A DNA stretch of 64,000 nt from an uncultured archaeon (GTDB lineage Archaea; Asgardarchaeota; Lokiarchaeia; Sigyniarchaeales; SOKP01), in assembly GCA_964388035.1 (NCBI GenBank), contig CAYLZE010000001.1, forward strand, positions 1 through 64,000, written 5' to 3'. The stretch's first letter is position 1. The number at the start of each line of letters is the position of its first letter. The notes under the pieces are model-generated. The model was not told the DNA's origin. It did not search any database and saw nothing but the letters and a program-made list of their open reading frames with translations. Made by a program: the position numbers and the translations under genes. Shown one piece after another: positions 1-9,697 of this stretch.

Positions 1-1
1 G

Positions 2-202
2 TTAAGTTTTTTCAAATTTTAAAACAATTTTTTCGGATTTTGAAATTTCGATAACATATTTATCCGAGGAAGCTTCAAGGTCCACTCTCCATTTATATAT
101 TTTATCAAACAAGTTTATAATTTTAAAATCTTTAAATCCCGAGTGTTTCATGTAATTTTCGACTATTTTTACGGTCTCTTCTTCAGTTGCCATCTCATTC
201 AT
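2..202 (-). CDS. hypothetical protein, truncated by window edge
   Basis: ATG-started ORF running off the left edge; no motif recognised. Confidence 0.55.
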   Translation of the reverse strand: MNEMATEEETVKIVENYMKHSGFKDFKIINLFDKIYKWRVDLEASSDKYVIEISKSEKIVLKFEKT

Positions 203-425
203 GTTCGAATGCTATAAATTGATTTTAATTTAAATGTAAATACTGATAAAGTTTTTCATTATAAATATAATAACTAATTCGTTCTTTAGATTAATTTAAG
301 TGTACTTTAGTTTTGATTATTTATTCACAATTAATTTAATAACGCAGGATAATGAAATTCTATTTGAGGTTGAGAAAAAAATTACTTAATTTGTCGTATA
401 CGAGACCCTAACTATTTCTCTCCAA

Positions 426-2135
426 TTAATTCTTACAAGTTAATATCATGGCTTCAAAAGGATACATGCTTATCATGTTATCCTGAATTGGCTGAGTATC
501 TTTCATGGTTGAATAAATACATTCGACATATTCTCTTGGAGAATTAAATTGGATTGGAGATTCACTTAAATTTAGGAACACGTTTAACTCTGAATAATCT
601 TTATTGTTTTTAAAAAATCTACGATACCCTAAGACATCTTCGGGAATAGTCTCCTCTTCTATAAATGCAAAATCACCGGCTTGAAGTACTTGGTATTTCT
701 TTCGAATTGTAAGGAGTGTTTTATAACAATTTAATAATGAATTAGGATCGGGTAATTCTTTTTTAACATTAATGATCGATGCTTTTGGGCTGAGAGGATT
801 CCATGGCTTTGCGTGAGGTGGGCAAAATCCCGCATGGGGTGAGTCATCCCATTGCATTGGAGTTCTACACTCATCTCTGTTAACCGATTCGCCGTAATAT
901 TTTCGAGCAAATTTTAAGAATTCCGTAGGAATCCAAAAATAATTCCTCGCCACGGGGTCATAGGAGTGCTTTGTTGGATAAAAGGGTTGAGTAAGACCAA
1001 TTTCTTCTCCATAATAGATGAACGGAATTCCTCTTGCAGTGAATTGAAGAACCGCATTTAGTTTTGCCTTTACCAAGTCATTTAGTAATCGCGTGATCCG
1101 TCGCATTCGATCATGGGTGGAAAATACCCAAGTAGGTATATAAGGATCGGGAAATACTTGTTCATATTCTTTAATCATGTGATGTAAAGGACCCCTTTCG
1201 AGAGGTACTCCTAAACTTGGAAATAAGAAAATTGTATGAAGCCCGTCCCATTTATCTTCACCGCAATATTTTTTAAGCATTTTTGGAGAGGTGGTTGTCT
1301 CTCCAACAAGGAATCTAGGAGGATCATATTCATCTACAAGGGCTCGGAGTACTTTCATGAACCATAAGGTTTGAGGTCTATTTAATGTAAATTTCGAATC
1401 TTGAAACAGCATTTCGGGTGCTAATGAAGAGGGAAGAAGCTTGAACTTAAAGGGATTATCACGAAATTCCTTATCACAAAATAATCCATTTATGAAATCC
1501 AACCTATATCCATCAATGCCTTTATCCAACCAAAACCGCATTACATCTAACATTGCCTCCCTTACTTTGGGATTCCAATAATTTAAATCGGGTTGAAACT
1601 TGAAAAAATGTGCCCAATACCATTGATCTCTTTCTGGATGATAATGCCATCCCGTTTTACCGCTTAATAATGAGCGCCAATTATTCGGAGGTTTCCTTAT
1701 CCCTATTGTCTTTTTACCATCTCTCCAGACATACCAATCTCGTTTAGGATTATCTCGACTTGAACAAGACTCTTTAAACCATGGATGTTCGTCACTAGTA
1801 TGATTTAAAACCAAATCAAAGATAATTTTCATCTCCCTTTCATGGACTTCCTTGATTAATCGCTCACACGTGCTCATATTTCCTAAGATGTGATTGATAC
1901 TTTTATAATCACTGATATCATATCCCGCATCCTTGAAAGGACTCGAAAAAATTGGATTAAGCCATATAGTCTCTACGCCTAAATCTTGTAAATAGTCGAG
2001 TCTCTCAATAATTCCCGCTAAATCACCTATTCCATCTCCATTAGTATCCTTAAAAGAGATGGGAAATATTTGATATACTGTAGTTGCTTTCCACCATAAG
2101 GGATGAGATGGGGGGGAATTATTTTGTATCATCAC
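426..2135 (-). CDS. GH13 alpha-glucosidase / oligo-1,6-glucosidase
   Basis: WWKATTVYQIFPISFKDTNGDGIGDL, DLVLNHTSDEHPWF, GYRLD, VGE, THD, RDECRTPMQW motifs. Confidence 0.95.
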   Translation of the reverse strand: MMIQNNSPPSHPLWWKATTVYQIFPISFKDTNGDGIGDLAGIIERLDYLQDLGVETIWLNPIFSSPFKDAGYDISDYKSINHILGNMSTCERLIKEVHEREMKIIFDLVLNHTSDEHPWFKESCSSRDNPKRDWYVWRDGKKTIGIRKPPNNWRSLLSGKTGWHYHPERDQWYWAHFFKFQPDLNYWNPKVREAMLDVMRFWLDKGIDGYRLDFINGLFCDKEFRDNPFKFKLLPSSLAPEMLFQDSKFTLNRPQTLWFMKVLRALVDEYDPPRFLVGETTTSPKMLKKYCGEDKWDGLHTIFLFPSLGVPLERGPLHHMIKEYEQVFPDPYIPTWVFSTHDRMRRITRLLNDLVKAKLNAVLQFTARGIPFIYYGEEIGLTQPFYPTKHSYDPVARNYFWIPTEFLKFARKYYGESVNRDECRTPMQWDDSPHAGFCPPHAKPWNPLSPKASIINVKKELPDPNSLLNCYKTLLTIRKKYQVLQAGDFAFIEEETIPEDVLGYRRFFKNNKDYSELNVFLNLSESPIQFNSPREYVECIYSTMKDTQPIQDNMISMYPFEAMILTCKN

Positions 2136-2253
2136 TATCTATATGAAAGGAGAATTTTTCTATGTTTGATCTAGAATTTATTAATGAATTTCCGTAACTC
2201 GAGTAATAGAATTCAGATTAAAGAGGAGAATTATGATATTTAAAGATAGAAAA

Positions 2254-3426
2254 TTAAAAATTTTCTTTGATGAAGTTCTCCACGCGATTTATTCCCATCT
2301 CAATATTTTTAATATCTGTTGGATAAGAAAACCTAATAAATCCCTCTCCATTTGATCCAAAAGCTATTCCGGGACAAGTAGCTACGTGTTCTTTCTCTAA
2401 TAATTGCATGGAGAACTGCTTGCTTGAAATGGGGAGCTCTTTTATATTTGCAAAGATGTAAAACGCTCCTTGAGGGTCCAAACAATTAATCTTTGGAATG
2501 GCCTTTATTCTTTGAACAATATAGTCTTTTCTTTTTCTATATATTTCAAGCATTTCTTTCGTTTCTTTCTCACAATCTAATGCGTGTATAGCGGCAGCTT
2601 GAGAAATTGAGGGAGCACAAATTGCAAAATTTTGTTGAACAGGCAACATTTTATCAATTAATGGTTTAGGACCGAGGATATAACCCAATCTCCAACCGGT
2701 CATCGCCCAAAATTTACTAAATCCGTCCAACACGATTAATTTATCATGACATTTTTTATATTTTATATCACTAAGAGAAGGAGCCACCTTATTATTGTAA
2801 GTTAGTTCCGCATAAATCTCATCTGATATCACCCAGAAATTATTCTTTTCCATGAGATCGGAAATTAGATCTAAGATATCTTCTGGAATAATTTGTCCCG
2901 TTGGATTTGATGGGCTATTTAGGATTAAAGCTTTCGTTTTGGAAGAAATAGCTTGTTTTAACTGATCTGATTCAAAATTAAAGTGATGTTCCTCTTTAAC
3001 AGGTAAAAAAATCGGCTTCCCACCAAAAAACATGATAAAATTTGAATAACAAGGATAACCAGGATCGCTTATGATTACTTCATCTCCGGGATCAATAATA
3101 GTAGAAAGGACATTAAAAAATGCGGGAGAAGTTCCTCCCGTCACCATTATCTCGGTTTTAGGATCATATCTCTTGTTTCTCAACCTGTATTTATAATCTG
3201 AAAGTGCTTCTCTCAAATCTAAGAAACCCAATGAATTCGTATAATGAGTCTTTCCCTCCTTGATATCATCAAAACACCCCGAGATTATTTTGGAGGGAGT
3301 AGCAAAATCTGGCTCACCAATTTCCATGTGAATGACATTTTTGCCTTCTCTTTCCATTTCTAAAGCTCTAGCAAGAATTTCCATTACTAGAAATGTTTTG
3401 ATCGAATCTATTCTTTTAGAAAACAT
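2254..3426 (-). CDS. PLP-dependent aminotransferase class I/II (aspartate aminotransferase-like)
   Basis: IGEPDF, NSPSNPTG, SDEIY, GFSKFWAMTGWRLG (PLP lysine). Confidence 0.95.
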   Translation of the reverse strand: MFSKRIDSIKTFLVMEILARALEMEREGKNVIHMEIGEPDFATPSKIISGCFDDIKEGKTHYTNSLGFLDLREALSDYKYRLRNKRYDPKTEIMVTGGTSPAFFNVLSTIIDPGDEVIISDPGYPCYSNFIMFFGGKPIFLPVKEEHHFNFESDQLKQAISSKTKALILNSPSNPTGQIIPEDILDLISDLMEKNNFWVISDEIYAELTYNNKVAPSLSDIKYKKCHDKLIVLDGFSKFWAMTGWRLGYILGPKPLIDKMLPVQQNFAICAPSISQAAAIHALDCEKETKEMLEIYRKRKDYIVQRIKAIPKINCLDPQGAFYIFANIKELPISSKQFSMQLLEKEHVATCPGIAFGSNGEGFIRFSYPTDIKNIEMGINRVENFIKENF

Positions 3427-3663
3427 TTTTCTGCTAAATTAATTATACTTCGATATAATCTTAATTTAAACAATGGATATTAATGCTGTTTTTGAGTAAA
3501 GTACCAAATTCATGTATTACCTCAATCATCAAATCCAAGAGTGAAATTGGAATCCCTTATAACTCTATTGCGTTTTAATGCTAGACATAAGTGCTCCATG
3601 CTATTCATTTTAAATTTGATTTATGGTAGGTTTTTAATTAAAAAATTACAACGCTTATAGCTT

Positions 3664-4236
3664 TTACTTACGATCTTTCTTCTGAAGAGAAATTCCCTCT
3701 CGGGATATTATAACATCTCCTTCCCCTTCCATAATATTTACATATCGGGATAAAACAAATAAATAGTCGGACAATCTATTTAAATATTTTATGATTTCAA
3801 GATTAACAGTTTCTTGCTTAGAAAGTTTAATAGCGGCCCTTTCTGCTCTACGGCACACCGTTCTTGAAACATGCAAAAAGGCTGCTGATTGCATGCCCCC
3901 TGGAATCACGAAGTTATATGCCTCCGGCATGGTTTGTGACAAGGAATCCATGCTTTTTTCTAATTCAGAAATATCTTCGGGTAATATTTTTTTAATTACT
4001 CTCTTCTCATCCATTGAGGCTAATTCGGATGCTAAATAAAATAATATAACTTGAACATCTTGGATGAGTTTTTGAATTTTAATTGAAGAAAAGGCTTTTG
4101 CTAAACCTAAACTTGCGTTCAATTCATCTACAGTTCCATATGTTTCAACTCGTGGACTTGTTTTGTCTATACGTTCTCCGGAAAATAAATCTGTCTGCCC
4201 CTTATCTCCTCTTCTCGTATATATTGGTTTTACCAT
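3664..4236 (-). CDS. pduO: ATP:cob(I)alamin adenosyltransferase, PduO type
   Basis: IYTRRGDKGQT, YGTVDELNA, RTVCRRAER, YLNRLSDYLF. Confidence 0.95.
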   Translation of the reverse strand: MVKPIYTRRGDKGQTDLFSGERIDKTSPRVETYGTVDELNASLGLAKAFSSIKIQKLIQDVQVILFYLASELASMDEKRVIKKILPEDISELEKSMDSLSQTMPEAYNFVIPGGMQSAAFLHVSRTVCRRAERAAIKLSKQETVNLEIIKYLNRLSDYLFVLSRYVNIMEGEGDVIISREGISLQKKDRK

Positions 4237-4391
4237 GATAAATTATAATGCAACAATTTATAAAATATATTTTTCAATTCGCATAAAAAAAATGTATGCA
4301 TTTTAATTTTTCTTTTAAAGAAGAAATTGGAGTTTAATAAGATTTTTCTTAAATTCATTTTAAGCTTCATTCCTTTTTATGTTAAAACTTC

Positions 4392-4682
4392 TTATTCATA
4401 TTCTTTTTTAGATAAATTTGTAAATTTTCCATCCATGACGCGAGCAACATAACGTCTCCCTCGAAGAATCCACATGATTTGATGTCCTTCTCGTGCTTTC
4501 TTTCCCCATTCTGATTTTTTGTTGCGATTTTGTTCAATATAACGATATCCAAATACATCCACATATTTTATGCCTTTTGAAAGTTTTTTAATGGGATACT
4601 CGATCCCCTCTATTTCTATTTGGCGTCTTCTCTCAAACATCGCGTTATATACTTTTTCTCCTATTTCTTCTAAATCAGACAT
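4392..4682 (-). CDS. small basic hypothetical protein
   Basis: ATG-started 96-aa ORF with protein-like composition; no family recognised. Confidence 0.7.
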   Translation of the reverse strand: MSDLEEIGEKVYNAMFERRRQIEIEGIEYPIKKLSKGIKYVDVFGYRYIEQNRNKKSEWGKKAREGHQIMWILRGRRYVARVMDGKFTNLSKKEYE

Positions 4683-4981
4683 TTTTTTACCAAGTTTTTA
4701 AATATTGATATTAAAAAAAAACCCCTCTATTAATAAGATTATTTTCCAAGGAGATAAATATATTTTCTTGAAGCTTTTTATCATATAATCGGAATTTTAA
4801 GATTTAAATCAAGGGCAAACTCTTTTCTTTTTCAATTAAAATATAATTATCACTAAGAGGTTAGTTTAATCAATCAAAAGATCAAGGAAAAACTTAATAT
4901 ATCTATTCTTATTGATTATACCTCTAAAATTAATAATTCAAAAGAGAAACTTTTAATACTTCTCATGAACGGTATTTCTAC

Positions 4982-5284
4982 ATGACACCCAAATTTAAAA
5001 TTATCGTTAAAAAAGATTGCTATTTTTGTGATATATTGATAAAATGGTTGAATGAGCATGGTGTTGAATATAAGGCATTAAATTACCTAGATCCAAAAGA
5101 TTTCAATGATCCCTTGATGAAAAATCCCACGTTTAATAGCTTATATTGTGACATGAGTGCATGCGTAGAGAGTATTCCCATTGTAGTTAAAAATGAAAAG
5201 GAATTTTTTTATGGGGAATTGTGGAATCTTGTAAATAATGAAATTAATGAAGATCACGCCAAAGAAATATTTGAGCTGAAGTAA
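4982..5284 (+). CDS. glutaredoxin-like thioredoxin-fold protein
   Basis: N-terminal CYFC (CxxC) and the SIPIVV cis-Pro loop. Confidence 0.75.
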   Translation: MTPKFKIIVKKDCYFCDILIKWLNEHGVEYKALNYLDPKDFNDPLMKNPTFNSLYCDMSACVESIPIVVKNEKEFFYGELWNLVNNEINEDHAKEIFELK

Positions 5285-5304
5285 TAATTCTTTCTTGACA
5301 AATC

Positions 5305-8300
5305 TTATTTTTTTCGAATTGGTAAAGTAAAAGTAAAGGTGGCTCCTTTATTGCGACCTTCAGATTCTGCCCAAATTGTACCTCCATGAGCTTCTATTAT
5401 TTTCTGAGAGATATAAAGCCCTAATCCTGAACCTTCAATTCCTAAATCCCATCCCTTCCCATAACGTTCAATTTTCCCAAATTGTTTGAATATTTGACTT
5501 TTCTCGTCCTCCGTTAACCCAATACCGTTATCCTTTATGCGAACCCAATAGAATGAATATTTTATATCTGTTGAAATTTCAATTATTCCTTTTACAGGGG
5601 TATTTTTAACCGCATTAGTTAATAAATTAGAAATGACATCATGGATTTTCTCTTTTTCCAATAAAGTGAAAAGCTCTTTATGGGTATTCAATGTAATTAC
5701 TTGTTTCCGCATGTCTGCTAATGGCTTGATTTCATTTACCGTATATCTAATTAAAAAGGCTAAATTTTCAAATTCTAAATTCAAGGGCAATTTCCCAGAT
5801 TCTAATCTAGCAGCTTTTAAAATGTCATAAATCAAGGTTTCAAGTCGCGTGCATCCCCCTTTAATTTCGTTAATTAAGGTTATCATGTCAGTATCTAATT
5901 TTTCAGAATGTAATTCTAAAAGCAAATCAGAAAATCCTTTAATAGAAACTAAAGGTGTTTTCAATTCATGGGAGGTTCTACGTAATAAATCCGATTTTAA
6001 TTGATTTAATTTAATGAGTTCTTGCTCGACTTTTTTTGTATCGGTGATATCCTGTATGATCGCTTGTATGTATATCTCATTTCCCAAAGTGATAAATGTC
6101 AATTTAGTTAGAGCCCAAAAAGAACTTCCATCCTTTCTAATTAACTCTATTTCTTTTGGTTTGGGGATGCTACTTTTTAATGTTAATTCCTTCCGTTTCT
6201 CCAAGTCAGCATGCTCAAAATCCTTATATAATTTATATATTGAAAAGTTTTTGCTGATAAGTTCATCCCGAGTATATCCTGATAATCTTTCCGCTTCATC
6301 ATTACAATCTAATATTCTTCCTTCCACTGAGGATAGAACGATTGCGAAAGGTGCATGATTAAAAAGTTGATAATATTTTTCCTGGGATTCCATTAACTTC
6401 CTATTGGCTAAAACCATGTCATTTATATCACTTACAGTGCCTCTCATTCCTATTATCTTTCCTTCTTTGAAAATCGGTCTTGAGTTGACTCTAGCATGAA
6501 ACTTAGTTCCATCTTTTTTAACTAACAAATACTCATCCGGTTGCGTTTCTTTTCCTTGGAAAATTTCGTTTATTTTTGATAATGCCTTATCAATATATTC
6601 AGGACTTATTAGTTGGGGTAAAGATATGCTATTTTCCAAGTCTTCTGGAGTATATCCGAATTTCTCTAATCCTATAGGATTCACATATGTGATTTTTAAT
6701 TGTTCATTTACCTCATAAATTACATCAGGTAAAAGCTCGGTTATGTCTCGATATTTTTGTTCTGAATCTTTCAGCTTTTTCTCTACTTTTTTTAAGGAAG
6801 TGATATCAATCATTGTCACAATGTCTGCTGGTTTACCCTTGTATAATATCGTTTTAGAATAAAGATGAATCCAAATCACCTCTCCAGATTTTTTAATACC
6901 CCGACATTGATATTTGGATATAACATCAGATTCTCCCGCTTGTTTCTTGGCGAATTGTTCTAATACAAAAGTCCTATCTTTCGGATGAATTAATTTATTA
7001 AATTCAAGTAAATCCTTACCCATCAACTCTTCTATAGGGTAACCCATCATATCAGCATATGCTTTATTCACATATACGAATTTATTATCTTGTGCGATAA
7101 ATATTCCTAATAATGATTGTTCCGTTATTGTTCTGAACTTATCTTCAGACTCTTTTAATTTTTGCTCTGCAATTTTCTTTTCAGTTATATCTTGAGATAA
7201 TACTTGGATTAATGTTTTATCTCCAAGATGGACAAGGGAAGCTTGTATATTCGCCCAAATTAGCTGTTCCGATTTATTATAAGCTTGAACTTCAATTGGT
7301 TCTGATAATTCTCCTTTCAAAAATTTCTCAAACGCATTTATAACTACAGGAGTATGCTGCTTTGAAAAATGCGAAAATTCACTAATATTTTTATTTATCA
7401 GCTCCGCTCGAGTTCCTCCAAAAATTCTGAATCTCGCGGGATTGCAATCCATAAACTTCCCATTTAGATCTAATAGCAGAATTGATAAGGGAGATTCATT
7501 GAATAAAGCTTTATATTTCTCTTCGGATTCTTTAATTTTTTGCTCAATTTTTTTCTTTTCAGTAATATCTCTGGCAATAATAAAGAGTTTAGATTCAGCT
7601 TGTGAATCTTCAAAAATTTTCCACTTGACTTCCAACCAATGATAATTACCCCAATTATCTTTAAATCGAGCTTCTAAATAACTTTCTCCAGAATTTAATT
7701 CTTCTCCAAAATCATTTATAATTTTTTCGACATCATTTGGATGCATCCAAGGTATAACTCTTTTGCCTATAAGATCCTTATTTGAATATCCCATTGTTTT
7801 TTGAAATGCTTTCTCATTTATATATTGAAAAACCATGTCCTCATTCAAAACGGCAAGCAAATCATTTGCATTTTCTGTAATCAATTTATATATAGAATTC
7901 ATTTCTCGTGCTTGATTCTTTTCTTTTTCACCATTCTTTTCTAAAGCTTGTATGATATGCTTAAGTTTTTTTTGAGTACTTACTAATTCTCTTTCGGTTA
8001 TTTTTTCCTTCGTGATATCTAAGAAAAAAGTGATAATTCCTCTAAACTTTTTTTTTAGATCATATTGGGGTATTTTACCCGCAATAAAGTATTTCTTACC
8101 TAATGGTGTTTTTAGTGATTTTGTGATATTAAATTTGGGTTGTCGATTATCAATTACTTCTTGATCTTCTTCCTTCAATTTTTTTGCTTGGTCTGAAGGA
8201 AGGAACTCATCATAACGCTTTCCCATTACATCCTTTTTTTTCAGTTGAAAAAGATTGATAAAATGAGTATTTGCCCAAGAAATTACCCCCTTTTTGTTGA

Positions 8301-8775
8301 CTAAATAAATACTAATAGGAACATTTTCGATGATTAATAATATTTGAGAAAGATATTGCTCCATTCTTCTTTTAGATTCCCGAACTTTCTTTTTAAATTG
8401 ATGCATTTGCGTGATATCTTCAAATTCTATTAAAAATTCGTCGGTAGAAAGAGGAGAGCAATATATCGTATATCTTTTTGAATTTTCATTAATATCTAAA
8501 TTAATTATTATATCCGCTGAAATTCTTTCTTTTTTATGATAGCATGATTGAATAAGGTCGTGAATTTCTTGATGATTACCAGAATACTCTTGTAATGATT
8601 GTCCCTTATACATTTTAGAATTCAAAATGATACTTTTCTCTGCTGCAGGATTAAAATCCAGGAGTTTAAATCCCTCATTATTCTTCTTCCATATCAAGCA
8701 AGGATGGATTAGCGAGTTAAAAAGTGATTTATAAACCTTTAGATTAATTAAATTTTCCTCTTCTACTTGTACCAT
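5305..8775 (-). CDS. cytoplasmic multi-PAS sensor histidine kinase (about 7 PAS/PAC)
   Basis: repeated DIT(E) PAC ends with ESE(E/D)KY linkers; H-box SHELKTPL; N, G1 and G2 boxes NLLTNAVK, DNGIG, GSGLGL. Confidence 0.95.
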   Translation of the reverse strand: MVQVEEENLINLKVYKSLFNSLIHPCLIWKKNNEGFKLLDFNPAAEKSIILNSKMYKGQSLQEYSGNHQEIHDLIQSCYHKKERISADIIINLDINENSKRYTIYCSPLSTDEFLIEFEDITQMHQFKKKVRESKRRMEQYLSQILLIIENVPISIYLVNKKGVISWANTHFINLFQLKKKDVMGKRYDEFLPSDQAKKLKEEDQEVIDNRQPKFNITKSLKTPLGKKYFIAGKIPQYDLKKKFRGIITFFLDITKEKITERELVSTQKKLKHIIQALEKNGEKEKNQAREMNSIYKLITENANDLLAVLNEDMVFQYINEKAFQKTMGYSNKDLIGKRVIPWMHPNDVEKIINDFGEELNSGESYLEARFKDNWGNYHWLEVKWKIFEDSQAESKLFIIARDITEKKKIEQKIKESEEKYKALFNESPLSILLLDLNGKFMDCNPARFRIFGGTRAELINKNISEFSHFSKQHTPVVINAFEKFLKGELSEPIEVQAYNKSEQLIWANIQASLVHLGDKTLIQVLSQDITEKKIAEQKLKESEDKFRTITEQSLLGIFIAQDNKFVYVNKAYADMMGYPIEELMGKDLLEFNKLIHPKDRTFVLEQFAKKQAGESDVISKYQCRGIKKSGEVIWIHLYSKTILYKGKPADIVTMIDITSLKKVEKKLKDSEQKYRDITELLPDVIYEVNEQLKITYVNPIGLEKFGYTPEDLENSISLPQLISPEYIDKALSKINEIFQGKETQPDEYLLVKKDGTKFHARVNSRPIFKEGKIIGMRGTVSDINDMVLANRKLMESQEKYYQLFNHAPFAIVLSSVEGRILDCNDEAERLSGYTRDELISKNFSIYKLYKDFEHADLEKRKELTLKSSIPKPKEIELIRKDGSSFWALTKLTFITLGNEIYIQAIIQDITDTKKVEQELIKLNQLKSDLLRRTSHELKTPLVSIKGFSDLLLELHSEKLDTDMITLINEIKGGCTRLETLIYDILKAARLESGKLPLNLEFENLAFLIRYTVNEIKPLADMRKQVITLNTHKELFTLLEKEKIHDVISNLLTNAVKNTPVKGIIEISTDIKYSFYWVRIKDNGIGLTEDEKSQIFKQFGKIERYGKGWDLGIEGSGLGLYISQKIIEAHGGTIWAESEGRNKGATFTFTLPIRKK

Positions 8776-9051
8776 TAAAAATGCTCCCCCTTTATTTTAA
8801 AGGCAATACAAATCAATTATTACAAATTAACTAAAAAAATAATACTATAACAGAATAAAAAAGAACCTTAGTGTTTTTATATTTTTGTCTATTCTAACAA
8901 AGGCATAAAAATCTACATGTTATTGCTATTGAATATGCACTAAGATAAGTTTATTGTTAATTTGCATCTAAAGTATAATCAAATTATATAATAGGATTTT
9001 TAGTTAATACTAATTAAAAATAATAGTCCCTTCCCCCTTCTACCTCATAAT

Positions 9052-9666
9052 ATGGAAAACAAACATCTTAAGATTGTTGTCTATTCGGATTATATCTGTC
9101 CTTTCTGCTTTATTGGATATCTTAGAATCGAAAAATTAAAGAAAGAGTTCACTCTGGATGTGGAATGGCGTCCTTTTGAAATTCATCCTGAAATTCCAGA
9201 TTATGGGACAACACTGGAAGAATTGCCTTTCCCCATGGATTATCTTGATGCCGTTAAGAATAACATTGAGAGATTAGCTAAAGAAGAGGGAATCAGGTTA
9301 AACTTCCCTCAAATCCTCCCCAATTCACGATTGGCACTATATATTTCCGAATTTGCTAAAAATAAAGGAAAATTCGACCTCTTACACGGATTGATCTTTG
9401 AAGCATATTGGAAAAAAGGTGAAAATATAGGAGATCTCAATATATTGATCGAATTAGCAGAGTCCGTTGGATTAAAGAAAAATGAAATTCTTGATTATAT
9501 AAAGAGCGACGAGCCAATGAATAGGGCTAAGAATTATTTATTGAAAATACGGGAATACGGAATAAATGGAGTTCCTGCTTTCTTCATTGGAGAAAATGTC
9601 ATTGTGGGAGCCCAACCCTACATTATTTTTAAAAATACTATTCAAAAAACTCTGGATCATCTTTAA
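9052..9666 (+). CDS. DsbA/FrnE family oxidoreductase
   Basis: SDYICPFCFIG, WRPFEIHP, GINGVPAF, GAQP. Confidence 0.92.
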   Translation: MENKHLKIVVYSDYICPFCFIGYLRIEKLKKEFTLDVEWRPFEIHPEIPDYGTTLEELPFPMDYLDAVKNNIERLAKEEGIRLNFPQILPNSRLALYISEFAKNKGKFDLLHGLIFEAYWKKGENIGDLNILIELAESVGLKKNEILDYIKSDEPMNRAKNYLLKIREYGINGVPAFFIGENVIVGAQPYIIFKNTIQKTLDHL

Positions 9667-9697
9667 TCACATTTCTTAAAAGGATCCCATTAGAAAT